Source: a bacterium
Lineage (GTDB): Bacteria; Patescibacteriota; Minisyncoccia; JBBINA01
Length of the DNA: 64,000 nucleotides
Direction: 5' to 3'
Assembly (NCBI GenBank): GCA_037444125.1
Contig: JBBINA010000003.1
Coordinates: 3,167-67,166, forward strand
In this document: positions 1-8,621 of the stretch, in pieces
Layout: every line of letters begins with the position of its first letter
Numbering within the stretch: position 1 is the stretch's first letter
Notes under the pieces: model-generated
The model's database searches: none
What the model was told of the DNA's origin: nothing
What the model saw: only the letters and a program-made list of their open reading frames with translations
Translations under genes and position numbers: made by a program

Positions 1-403
1 AAAAAAGAAATAAAACAACTAAAAATGGCAACAATGTAGGCACCACCCCAAAGAAAAAGATTTTCAAAAAACTTTCTCCGCTTGATACAATCTCCACTTT
101 CCTTAAATTATCTTCACTAACCCCTAAATTAACAAGTGTCTGCGTTAAAGAAGCGTCTTGTTCTTTATAGGTAATTTTTTTCTTATCGCTATCTTTGTAT
201 TCAATACTTAATCTATTTCCTTGTTCAGTGATCCTCTTAACTTTTTGCAGCTCAATGTCTTCAGCTAACTGCGTCAATGATATTTTATAATCATTTAGCC
301 GTCCCATTTGGGTGGCTAAATTCGTATCTTTACCTGAAAAAAGAAGTGAAATAAAAATTAAGACCATAAATACCGCTATTAGGTTTTTGGTAAACTGCTT
401 CAT
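1..403 (-). CDS. ftsH: ATP-dependent zinc metalloprotease FtsH, N-terminal part (runs off the window edge)
   Basis: Not in the ORF track. Manual translation from ATG 403 is open to base 1: MKQFTKNLIAVFMVLIFISLLF..ISLTQLAEDIELQKVKRI..KEQDASLTQTLVNLGV..GVVPTLLPFLVVLFLF. This is TM1, extracellular domain and TM2 as in FtsH; the AAA domain is outside the window. Confidence 0.7.
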   Translation of the reverse strand, partial: MKQFTKNLIAVFMVLIFISLLFSGKDTNLATQMGRLNDYKISLTQLAEDIELQKVKRITEQGNRLSIEYKDSDKKKITYKEQDASLTQTLVNLGVSEDNLRKVEIVSSGESFLKIFFFGVVPTLLPFLVVLFLF

Positions 404-409
404 ATTTTC

Positions 410-1462
410 TTATATTGGTTGCACAATTAAACGATGATTCTTAGGTTCAAAAGTGATAATTTTAAAACTACGCTCCTCTCCAACCTTGAATTTATTTAAC
501 ATATCCTGATGATTGGTAAACTTCGAAGAAGGTATTAATCCATGAACTTTAGGCATAATATCTACAATAATACCATAAGATTTTATCCTAACTATTTTGC
601 CTTTAATCATCTGTCCTTCCTGCAAATCAGATGTCAACCAGGGATCAGGTATAAGTTGTTTAATCGACAAGCTGACTTGATCACCGTTAATACCAATGAT
701 TTTAGCTTTAACTCGCTGGCCTATTTTATACAAAGTTCTGGGATCGTCAATTAATTGCCAGTCAAGTTCTGATATATGCACTAACCCTTCAATAACCTCA
801 TCGAACCTGACAAAAATTCCATACTCAACTATACCCCGCACTTCACCTTCAATAATGTCTCCCACTTTGTATTTTGACAGTTTTTGCCTTAAAGCTTCTA
901 ATTCTTCCAATTTTTCAGAAATAATTAATTTTTTTGTAGCCTGTTCAATACCAATTATACGAACCCGAAATTCTCTGCCAATAAATTTCTTAAGTTCCTG
1001 CAAAATTAATTTTTGATTACCCCCCACATCAGGATAATTCTCTTTTTTTAACTGAGAAGTCGGTAAAAAGGCATCTATGTTTCTCACTTTGGTTAAAAGA
1101 CCGCCGCGATTAACTCCCATAATTTTAACTGTTATTTCCTCTTTGGTTTGAATCATCTTATTAATATAATCCCAAAGGGGCATTTCATTAACTTTCTTAA
1201 GTGAAACCTCAATTAAGCCTTCCTCGTTGTCTATAGAAATCACTTTCACCTTCACTTTATCGCCAACCTTAAGAGCCTTCACGTCTTCTTTATTATCATA
1301 AAATTCACTTTTATAACATAAACCTATGCCATAATTACCCAAATCAAAATAAATTCTATTTCTCTTTTTCTCAATAATCTCGCCTTCAACGATCTGACCT
1401 TTTTTTATAAAACCAACAAGCTGCAAATTGTCTTTTACAATTTGTTTCATAATAAAACCCAT
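410..1462 (-). CDS. rpsA: 30S ribosomal protein S1 (short form, about four S1 domains)
   Basis: Repeated S1 motifs (GDIIEGEVRGIVEYGIFV, EGLVHISELDW, NRGGLL..AFLPTSQL). The start may be ATG 1450. Confidence 0.9.
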   Translation of the reverse strand: MGFIMKQIVKDNLQLVGFIKKGQIVEGEIIEKKRNRIYFDLGNYGIGLCYKSEFYDNKEDVKALKVGDKVKVKVISIDNEEGLIEVSLKKVNEMPLWDYINKMIQTKEEITVKIMGVNRGGLLTKVRNIDAFLPTSQLKKENYPDVGGNQKLILQELKKFIGREFRVRIIGIEQATKKLIISEKLEELEALRQKLSKYKVGDIIEGEVRGIVEYGIFVRFDEVIEGLVHISELDWQLIDDPRTLYKIGQRVKAKIIGINGDQVSLSIKQLIPDPWLTSDLQEGQMIKGKIVRIKSYGIIVDIMPKVHGLIPSSKFTNHQDMLNKFKVGEERSFKIITFEPKNHRLIVQPI

Positions 1463-1479
1463 TAATAATTGACTAAAAT

Positions 1480-1508
1480 ATTATAGTTTAATTTTGAATT
1501 TTTTGCAA
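1480..1508 (-). promoter_or_regulatory. sigma70-type promoter for rpsA
   Basis: Minus strand TTGCAA-N17-TATAAT. Confidence 0.6.
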
Positions 1509-1531
1509 GTTAACATACAGACGACTTTAAT

Positions 1532-1560
1532 TTGCAAAACTAAGTTTTTTCTACTAGAAT
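1532..1560 (+). promoter_or_regulatory. sigma70-type promoter, probably giving a leaderless mRNA
   Basis: TTGCAA-N17-TAGAAT ending 7 nt before ATG 1568. Confidence 0.55.
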
Positions 1561-1567
1561 ATTTTTT

Positions 1568-2194
1568 ATGAAGTTTATTCTACAAAAAAAATTAAATAAC
1601 TTTTGTCTTCAAAGCGAACTTCTTTCAATTTGGCTCAGCAAAACTGCATCAACAATCTCTGTAAATAACACAAATATCGACAGTTTATCTAAAAAAAATG
1701 TTTTTCTCTTAGATAGTCCCGACCATCAAAATACAACCAACAATAAAGAAACTGACGACAACTTTTTCATCAAATTCCCAGGCATATACGAATTTTCAGG
1801 CGTCATTATTAATGTTTATGCCTTGCATCACGACAAACTAATCAAAAATGTCCCACAAATTAACCTCAGTAAGGATTTTGATATTACTTATATCGCTTAT
1901 CCAGAATTCCTCGACACAACTCGCCACAAAAACCTTTTAGAAAATATTGAAGAAACAAAAATCCTAATACTCAACTGCAAAAATGACACCGAGAAAAATA
2001 CAAAACTTACCAAAAACCTCGTAGATGCCATTGAACCACAATTAGTCATACCATATTCAGATTCAGATACCAAACTAGATCTCAACATATATATTACTAA
2101 ACTCTTTGGCACCAATCCCTTTAAAACAGATCGTTTAATCATCAAACCCAACTTGACTAATGAATTAAAGGATAAATTCATTCTTATTGAGTAA
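1568..2194 (+). CDS. Degenerate MBL-fold (Lactamase_B_3-like) protein
   Basis: FPGIYEFSGV and IEPQLVIPY resemble the PGEYE / IEPKIVIP segments of this family. The HxHxDH metal motif is not intact. Confidence 0.5.
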   Translation: MKFILQKKLNNFCLQSELLSIWLSKTASTISVNNTNIDSLSKKNVFLLDSPDHQNTTNNKETDDNFFIKFPGIYEFSGVIINVYALHHDKLIKNVPQINLSKDFDITYIAYPEFLDTTRHKNLLENIEETKILILNCKNDTEKNTKLTKNLVDAIEPQLVIPYSDSDTKLDLNIYITKLFGTNPFKTDRLIIKPNLTNELKDKFILIE

Positions 2195-2244
2195 GTAACG
2201 ACGCATTATATCCTTGCGCAATTTTGCTTAACACAAATTCTAAC

Positions 2245-2319
2245 GCCCCTGTAGTTTAATTGGATAGAACGCTGCCCTGCGGAGGCAGAGGTTTGGAGGT
2301 TCGAATCCTCCCAGGGGCA
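2245..2319 (+). tRNA. tRNA-Arg (anticodon GCG)
   Basis: Acceptor GCCCCTG/CAGGGGC; anticodon stem CTGCC/GGCAG with loop CT-GCG-GA; T-arm GGAGG-TTCGAAT-CCTCC; CCA not encoded. Confidence 0.93.
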
Positions 2320-2628
2320 CATAATTTTATTGCGCAAATTTTCTTTTCGTCCCCATCTTCGGGCTGTTTTATAGATTTAGAACGATTTCAATCTTAGTTT
2401 AGAAAACAAAATTTAATCATTTAAAACCAAGAAACTAAAATTTTAATCTTTGGTATCTTCCACATAAGAATAAAAAATATAAGAATAAAAAATCGGCAAA
2501 GCCCAAAAATTGTCTAAAATAAAAGGAGAAACCAACTCCTTCCAATAAGACACAAAAATTATGCCAAGTTTTGAAAAGTAAATATTTTGCAATAAATAAA
2601 AATGTTTTAAATTTTATTAAACTTATCA

Positions 2629-2659
2629 ACCAAAAAACCCCGTAACGGGGCTTTTTGGC
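2629..2659 (-). terminator. Intrinsic terminator downstream of hup
   Basis: Hairpin CCCCG-TAA-CGGGG flanked by A- and T-tracts. Confidence 0.7.
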
Positions 2660-2685
2660 TTTGCGAGAGTTTCGTAAAGAATATA

Positions 2686-2958
2686 TTATCTAACTGCATC
2701 CTTTAAACCTTTACCTGCTCGGAATTTCGGAACCTTAGCTGCTGGAATTTTGATAACTGCCCCTGTTCTCGGATTCCTCCCAGTCCTCTCTTTTCTCCTT
2801 GCAACTACAAAAGTACCAAATCCAGCAAAAGCAACTGGATTGCCGGATTTAAGGGTTGATTTAATAACATCCATTGAGGCATCAAGAGTTGCTCTAACCT
2901 GGCTCTTGGAAAAGCCTGTTTTTTTGGCTACGGCTTCAACAAATTCTCCTTTGTTCAT
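2686..2958 (-). CDS. hup: DNA-binding protein HU
   Basis: MNKGEFVEAVAKK..GFGTF..RTGRNPRTG..VPKFRAGKGLKDAV; strong SD GGAGGTG before ATG 2958. Confidence 0.95.
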   Translation of the reverse strand: MNKGEFVEAVAKKTGFSKSQVRATLDASMDVIKSTLKSGNPVAFAGFGTFVVARRKERTGRNPRTGAVIKIPAAKVPKFRAGKGLKDAVR

Positions 2959-3159
2959 TTTATTCACCTCCTTCCAAAATTATTTCATAATTTCTTGTTA
3001 ATCGCAGTTCGTTTATTTTATCTAAACAAACAGCGTTTTTTATTGTAATCAATTTGTTATTTATACCCGCATCTTTTAAAGCGGGCAAGCATAATTAGAT
3101 TAAAAGTCAGCTATAGTATTTTAAATCCTTTCTTAAAATATATCCAGCTAACATATTCT

Positions 3160-4695
3160 TTAACGTGCGTATTCAATTACTCTTGTTTCTCTTATGACAT
3201 TAACCCGAATTTCACCCGGATAAGTTATCTCTTCCTCGATTTTTTTGGCAATTTTCTTTGCCAAATTCATAGCTTCAAGATCTGAAATTAATTTAGGATT
3301 AATAAATACTCTCACTTCTCTTCCCCCGGAAATAACATATGAAGATTCAACACCTTCAAAGCCATTAATAGTTTTTTCTAGAGATTCTATTCTTTTAATA
3401 TAAGCCTCGTATGATTCTTTACGCGCGCCTGGCCGCGAAGAAGAAATAGCATCAGCTACCTGAATAATTTTAGCTTCAAGTGGGGCTTCTACACCTACCT
3501 CATGGTGAAAAAGTACTGCTTTGACAATTCTATCATCTAACTCAAATTTTTCAAGTATACGCTTACCAATTTCAACATGCGAACCTTCAACATCGTGCGA
3601 CAAAACTTTACCAATATCATGAAGCAAACCGGCCCGACAACACACATCTTTGTCTACATTAAGCTCCTGAGCTAACAATCTAGACAGATGAGCTACTTCA
3701 ATTGAATGTCTCAAAAGATTCTGGCCGTAAGATGTTCTAAAATGCAACATCCCAACTAAATAAATAAGTTTTGCTGGAAAATCATTAATTCCCAGTTCAA
3801 CACAACTTTCCTCGCCAAGCGTCTGAATTCTTTCAGAAAACTCCTCTTTAACTTTTTGGTAAATTTCTTCGATTCTGGCCGGCTGGATTCGTCCGTCTTT
3901 AATCAACCTGGCTAGAGTTTCTTTGCCTATTTCTCGGCGTAAAGGACTAAAAGAAGAAATGACTACCACATTAGGCGTTTCATCTATTAAGACATCAACG
4001 CCGGTAATACGCTGAAAGGTTTTAATGTTCCTGCCTTCTTTACCTATAATTTTGCCTTTAGTTTCTTCATCTGGTAATTCGACAGTGGCGGTTGTGTATT
4101 CTTCAATCTTCGAGGGAGCGTATCTTTGCATAGCCTCAAGCATAATCTCAACACCTTTTTTCTCTAAAACTTCTTTTTTATTCTTTTCTAGCCGGGTAAC
4201 TAATTCCTTAATCTCTTTTTCATAATCTTGATTAATGGTCTCAAACAACATTTTTCTAGCCTCATCTTTGCTTAAACCAGCTATAACACTAAGTTTTGCT
4301 TCTTCTTCTTTCTTTAGTTCTTCTAGCGATTCTCGTAACGACCTTAGTTCGTCAGCTTTCGTCTGAAGGACTTCTTTGATCTTTTCAATTTTCTCCTCAC
4401 GATCATGAAGTTTTTGCTCCCATGATCTCAAACGAATTTCTTCTTTCCTTACATTATCAAGGCGCTCTTTCTCTTCGCTTTTTGCTTGATCAATAATTTT
4501 TAAAGCTTTATCTTTAGCTACTAAAATTATCTTCTCAGCTTCGTTTCTTTTCTCCTCAATGATTCCTTTAATGGAGCCAGCAATCTCTTTTTCCTTACGG
4601 GATAAGCTTAATTTCTTTAATACATAACCACCAATAATGCCTATGACTAAGAAAATGAAAGAAAAAACAATTGTGATTGGTTGCATAAATTGCAT
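3160..4695 (-). CDS. rny: Ribonuclease Y
   Basis: N-terminal TM, coiled coil, KH domain (KGKIIGKEGRNIK), HD domain (RTSYGQN..HS..GLLHDIGK..ADAISSSRPGAR). Start set at ATG 4695. Confidence 0.95.
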   Translation of the reverse strand: MQFMQPITIVFSFIFLVIGIIGGYVLKKLSLSRKEKEIAGSIKGIIEEKRNEAEKIILVAKDKALKIIDQAKSEEKERLDNVRKEEIRLRSWEQKLHDREEKIEKIKEVLQTKADELRSLRESLEELKKEEEAKLSVIAGLSKDEARKMLFETINQDYEKEIKELVTRLEKNKKEVLEKKGVEIMLEAMQRYAPSKIEEYTTATVELPDEETKGKIIGKEGRNIKTFQRITGVDVLIDETPNVVVISSFSPLRREIGKETLARLIKDGRIQPARIEEIYQKVKEEFSERIQTLGEESCVELGINDFPAKLIYLVGMLHFRTSYGQNLLRHSIEVAHLSRLLAQELNVDKDVCCRAGLLHDIGKVLSHDVEGSHVEIGKRILEKFELDDRIVKAVLFHHEVGVEAPLEAKIIQVADAISSSRPGARKESYEAYIKRIESLEKTINGFEGVESSYVISGGREVRVFINPKLISDLEAMNLAKKIAKKIEEEITYPGEIRVNVIRETRVIEYAR

Positions 4696-4739
4696 AAATT
4701 TTGAGTAATAAATTAGACATATAACTCCAAAAATACTTA

Positions 4740-5321
4740 TCAAGCGACGATTTTATCAACAATACCATATTTAACAGCTTCATGGGCGTCAAGATAAAAA
4801 TCTCTATCTGTATCCTTCTCAATTATTTTAATATCCTTACCTGTATGATGAGATAAAATTTTATTAAGACGATCTCTCATTTTCATAATATGCCTAGCTG
4901 TTATTTCTACTTCAATCGCTTGACCACCGACACCAGTAATCATCACTTGATGCAACATCACTTCTGAGTTAGGTAAAATATACCTTTTTCCCCGCTTACC
5001 TGCTGCAAGCAAAACCGCAGCCATTGAAGCAGCCATACCAACGCAAATTGTAGAAACATCACATTTTACATGCTGTATGGTATCATATATAGCAAGCCCG
5101 GCAGTTACAACACCACCTGGACTATTAATATAAAGTTTAATGTCTTTATCCCTTGACTGGCTTTCTAAAAAAAGCAATTGAGCAATAACTATATTAGCCA
5201 CAGAGTCAGTTACTGGACCGCCTAAAAAAACTATACGATCTTTTAGTAAACGAGAATATATATCATAAGCTCGCTCGCCATAATTGGTTTTTTCGATTAC
5301 AGTCGGTATAAGATAACTCAT
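4740..5321 (-). CDS. clpP: ATP-dependent Clp protease proteolytic subunit
   Basis: [33 protein letters not shown] (Ser), MLHQ (His), DTDRD (Asp). Confidence 0.97.
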   Translation of the reverse strand: MSYLIPTVIEKTNYGERAYDIYSRLLKDRIVFLGGPVTDSVANIVIAQLLFLESQSRDKDIKLYINSPGGVVTAGLAIYDTIQHVKCDVSTICVGMAASMAAVLLAAGKRGKRYILPNSEVMLHQVMITGVGGQAIEVEITARHIMKMRDRLNKILSHHTGKDIKIIEKDTDRDFYLDAHEAVKYGIVDKIVA

Positions 5322-5342
5322 AGATTAGATATTATTTTTAAT

Positions 5343-6620
5343 TTAAGATGACACAAGGAATGCCGACGCTTTTTGCTGCATTAATAAACTGGTTACTAAA
5401 CGCCTCATGTTATCTTTTTTCATATATTCATCGGCTTCCTTTTCATTATAGGCATATTTAACATAATGATTCAAGAAGTTTGTAACCTCTTGATGGCTTG
5501 GCAGTAAATTTTCTTTTTTGGCAATTTCTTCTAAAACAAGTCTAGCCTTAACACGATAAACAGCTTCTTTTTCTATGGAAGCCGCTATTTCTTTATTTTC
5601 TAAATTCTTTTGAAACCAAGCTTTTGAATCCCGGCCCTTCGCCTCCAATTCTTTTTTAATCTCGCTAAGAATAACTTTTTTTTCTTCGTCATAAAAAATT
5701 AAAGGAATGGCAAAACTTGAAGAATCGATTATTTTTCTTACTTTTTCATTCAAAACCTTTTTTCGCCACCAATCTTTCTTATTAGCCTCAATTTGTTTTT
5801 TTACTGCCTTAATAAATTCCCCAACATTATGATGCTGGCTTATTTTCTTTACAAATTCATCTGTCAATTCTGGTAATTCTTCAACTTCAACTTTCAATAA
5901 TTTAAACCAAACATTAGCCGTCAAACCGCGTAATTTTTTATCAAAATAGTCTTCGGGAAACACAAAAATAAATGACTTTTCCTCTCCCTTGCGCAATCCT
6001 AAAATATTGTCTTCAAAATCCTTAAACAACCTGCCGTCGCCTATTTTAATCACAAAATTGTTTTTTTCCTCATTTGGCAATAAATTGTTTTTAAAACTTA
6101 TTTTGTAATGCAAAGTTACTAGATCACCTTTTTTTACCGGTTCTGTAGTTTCATTTCTAGAAGCATATGCGCGACGAACCTCATATATAACAGCCTCGAT
6201 TTCTTTATCAGACACTTTTTCCTCTCCGCCTTCTCCAATTTTAATATTTCTATAATCGCCCAATTCTACGGAAGGAACAAGATAAATTTCAATGTTAAAT
6301 ATTGCCTTTCCATCTTTTAAAATATCATTCATAATTTTCACGCTGGGTTCATATGAAATTTGCTTAATCTCTTTTTCAGCTAAAAACTTCTTTAAAAAAT
6401 CAAGAATATAAAACCTAGCAGCGAAGTCTACTATCTTAGCTCGGCCAAATCGCTTCTCAATAATCTCATTAGAAGCCTTACCCTTCCTAAAACCATTAAA
6501 ACTAAAATTATCTCTATAATACTTATAGGCTTCATTTCTAAAATTATCGATTTCCCCTAAATCAACTTCCAATTTAAGTAAAATAGTAGCGTTTTCAATT
6601 TTATTTTCTTTAATGGTCAT
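5343..6620 (-). CDS. tig: Trigger factor
   Basis: GFRKGKA ribosome-binding motif, FKBP-like domain (FPEDY), directly upstream of clpP. Confidence 0.92.
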   Translation of the reverse strand: MTIKENKIENATILLKLEVDLGEIDNFRNEAYKYYRDNFSFNGFRKGKASNEIIEKRFGRAKIVDFAARFYILDFLKKFLAEKEIKQISYEPSVKIMNDILKDGKAIFNIEIYLVPSVELGDYRNIKIGEGGEEKVSDKEIEAVIYEVRRAYASRNETTEPVKKGDLVTLHYKISFKNNLLPNEEKNNFVIKIGDGRLFKDFEDNILGLRKGEEKSFIFVFPEDYFDKKLRGLTANVWFKLLKVEVEELPELTDEFVKKISQHHNVGEFIKAVKKQIEANKKDWWRKKVLNEKVRKIIDSSSFAIPLIFYDEEKKVILSEIKKELEAKGRDSKAWFQKNLENKEIAASIEKEAVYRVKARLVLEEIAKKENLLPSHQEVTNFLNHYVKYAYNEKEADEYMKKDNMRRLVTSLLMQQKASAFLVSS

Positions 6621-7678
6621 TTTATCTCGTCTATTTCCTGAATATCAATTTTATAGTCGGTTAATTTTGCGGCCAAACGAACATTCTGGCCATTTTTACC
6701 TATAGCTAAAGATAATTGATCTTTACTAACCTTAACCGTAGCTTTTTTTTCTTTCTCGTCAACCACTACTTCCATAACCTTAGCCGGTGATAAGGCATTC
6801 TGAATAAATTTGACTGGATTTTCGTCCCACTTAATAATATCTATGTTTTCCCATCCAAGCTCATTAAGAATCAAGGAAATTCTTGTTCCCTTCTGACCAA
6901 CACAAGCTCCAATAGGATCAATTTTTGGATCATTAGAAACAACGGCAATTTTTGAACGTGAGCCAGGCTCGCGGGCTAAATTTTTAATCTCAACAATATT
7001 TTGATTAATTTCAGGTATTTCAGTAGCAAATAACTGTTTTAAAAATTCGTCTCGACGTCTGGTTAAATAAAGTGTAACTCCCTTAGGTTCAGTTTTTACT
7101 TCGTAAAGCAATGCTCTTATGCGCTGGCCTACTTTTAATTCTTCGCCTTCCATCAATTCAGTCGGAAAAATAACTCCAGTAGTTTTTCCGATTTCAAGAT
7201 AAACAATTCCTTTTTCAATACGCTGAACACGCGAATAAAAAATTTCATTCTCTCGGCCTTTATACTCTTTAAACAAGTATTCTTTCTCCATTTCTTTAAT
7301 TCTCTGCACTAAAACCTGCCTTGCTGTCTGGCTAGCTATACGACCAAAATCTAATTCCAAAGGTAAATCAAATTCCAAAACATCTCCCTCTTTAACATCT
7401 GACTTAATTTTCTGGGCCTCGCTAAGACTTATTTCTTTTTTGGGATTCAAGTCTTTGCTATCATCAGCACGAACCAACTTTTCTTCATAAATTCGTTTTA
7501 CAGCATAATCGTCAGAAAACTCTATTTTTATTTTATGTCCCTGCAAATTGCGCTCCTTCTTATAGGCACCAGCTATAGCTTCACCAAGAGCTTCAACGAT
7601 TATATTTTTAGGTAAATCTTTTTCTTCGGCAATCTGGCTAAGAAGCGTATTAATGAGCCGTATATCTAAATTCATCAT
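6617..7678 (-). CDS. nusA: Transcription factor NusA
   Basis: FGRIASQTARQV, AREPGSRSKIAV, DPIGACVGQKG, SLAIGKNGQNVRLAAKLT. Confidence 0.96.
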   Translation of the reverse strand: MMNLDIRLINTLLSQIAEEKDLPKNIIVEALGEAIAGAYKKERNLQGHKIKIEFSDDYAVKRIYEEKLVRADDSKDLNPKKEISLSEAQKIKSDVKEGDVLEFDLPLELDFGRIASQTARQVLVQRIKEMEKEYLFKEYKGRENEIFYSRVQRIEKGIVYLEIGKTTGVIFPTELMEGEELKVGQRIRALLYEVKTEPKGVTLYLTRRRDEFLKQLFATEIPEINQNIVEIKNLAREPGSRSKIAVVSNDPKIDPIGACVGQKGTRISLILNELGWENIDIIKWDENPVKFIQNALSPAKVMEVVVDEKEKKATVKVSKDQLSLAIGKNGQNVRLAAKLTDYKIDIQEIDEIK

Positions 7679-7820
7679 CAGAACATATAACAAATAATTT
7701 TTTTATCCAAATAATAATAAGTCAATCTTAATAGAGAGCACTTCATTTGTCAAGCAAAAACTAATTATACAACCACTTGAATTCTTAAATTCATATCGTA
7801 TAATGTGTTGACTTTTTTAG

Positions 7821-8189
7821 ATGAAAAACTTAAAAAGACTTGGTTTTAATGCCGAAGAGAGAGTAGTTCAATACCTCAAAAACAATGGTTTTGCTATCTT
7901 AAAAAGAAATTACCGAACGCGTTATGGAGAAATAGATATTATTGCCCAAAAACTAGACACTGTTTATTTCATTGAAGTTAAACTAATTAAAAACGTTCAA
8001 TATCTTCCTGAAGCTAAAATTAACCAAAAGAAGAAAAGAGCTCTCAAACGTACAGCTTTAATGTTTTTAGAAGAAACGGCACCAAACGAAAATGAAAAAA
8101 ATACAGAATTCTGGTTAATAGCCGTTATAGAATCACCAAAAAATACGCAAAAACCATCTATCTCAATAATTCATAATCTATCTCTATGA
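7821..8189 (+). CDS. YraN family (UPF0102) putative endonuclease
   Basis: G..AE....YL...G..IL.RNYR..GEIDIIA....FIEVK. Confidence 0.85.
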   Translation: MKNLKRLGFNAEERVVQYLKNNGFAILKRNYRTRYGEIDIIAQKLDTVYFIEVKLIKNVQYLPEAKINQKKKRALKRTALMFLEETAPNENEKNTEFWLIAVIESPKNTQKPSISIIHNLSL

Positions 8190-8563
8190 AAAATGATTTT
8201 AAAAATATCTTAAACCAATTGCGAGAACTTCCAGAAGGCACGCGCGTAAAATTAGCGCTTATAATCTGTTTTTTTTCTGTTTTTGGTCTTTTCTCTTTAT
8301 GGGTCAAAAAAACAAGCGATAAATTCGTCCAACTTGACATCAATAAACCCAGCGCTCCTGACAAAATTGAAGTTACCGCTCTTTTAAATAATGTTAAAAG
8401 CGGCATAGCAAATCTAAGATCGATTTTGCAAGAAAATTTTAATCATCTCTTCTCTTTTAAACAACCTCCGTATCAAAACGAAATTTCCAACTCAAACCCT
8501 CTTTCTAAACAACCAAAGCCTCTAAATCCAAATGACTTTCCGCAATTACCCCTCTCGGACTAA
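8186..8563 (+). CDS. Hypothetical single-pass membrane protein
   Basis: ATGA overlap with yraN; one hydrophobic segment; Pro-rich tail. Confidence 0.6.
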   Translation: MKNDFKNILNQLRELPEGTRVKLALIICFFSVFGLFSLWVKKTSDKFVQLDINKPSAPDKIEVTALLNNVKSGIANLRSILQENFNHLFSFKQPPYQNEISNSNPLSKQPKPLNPNDFPQLPLSD

Positions 8564-8621
8564 TGAGAAATTAATATTTATATGACAGAAAAGAAATATT
8601 GCATATTCATAATTTTTTATT

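Noticed and set aside
60-70. Apparent TGA inside the ftsH 5' fragment suggesting UGA recoding
   Set aside because: Recounting the T-run shows TTT TTG AAA in frame with no stop. Many genes end in TGA and the tRNA-Trp has CCA, so code 11 fits.
2435-2629. 64-aa ORF and a 15-bp tandem duplication (ATAAGAATAAAAAAT x2, 2464-2493)
   Set aside because: Low-complexity AT-rich DNA with no start signal, and only two copies without spacers, so not a CRISPR array or a supported gene.
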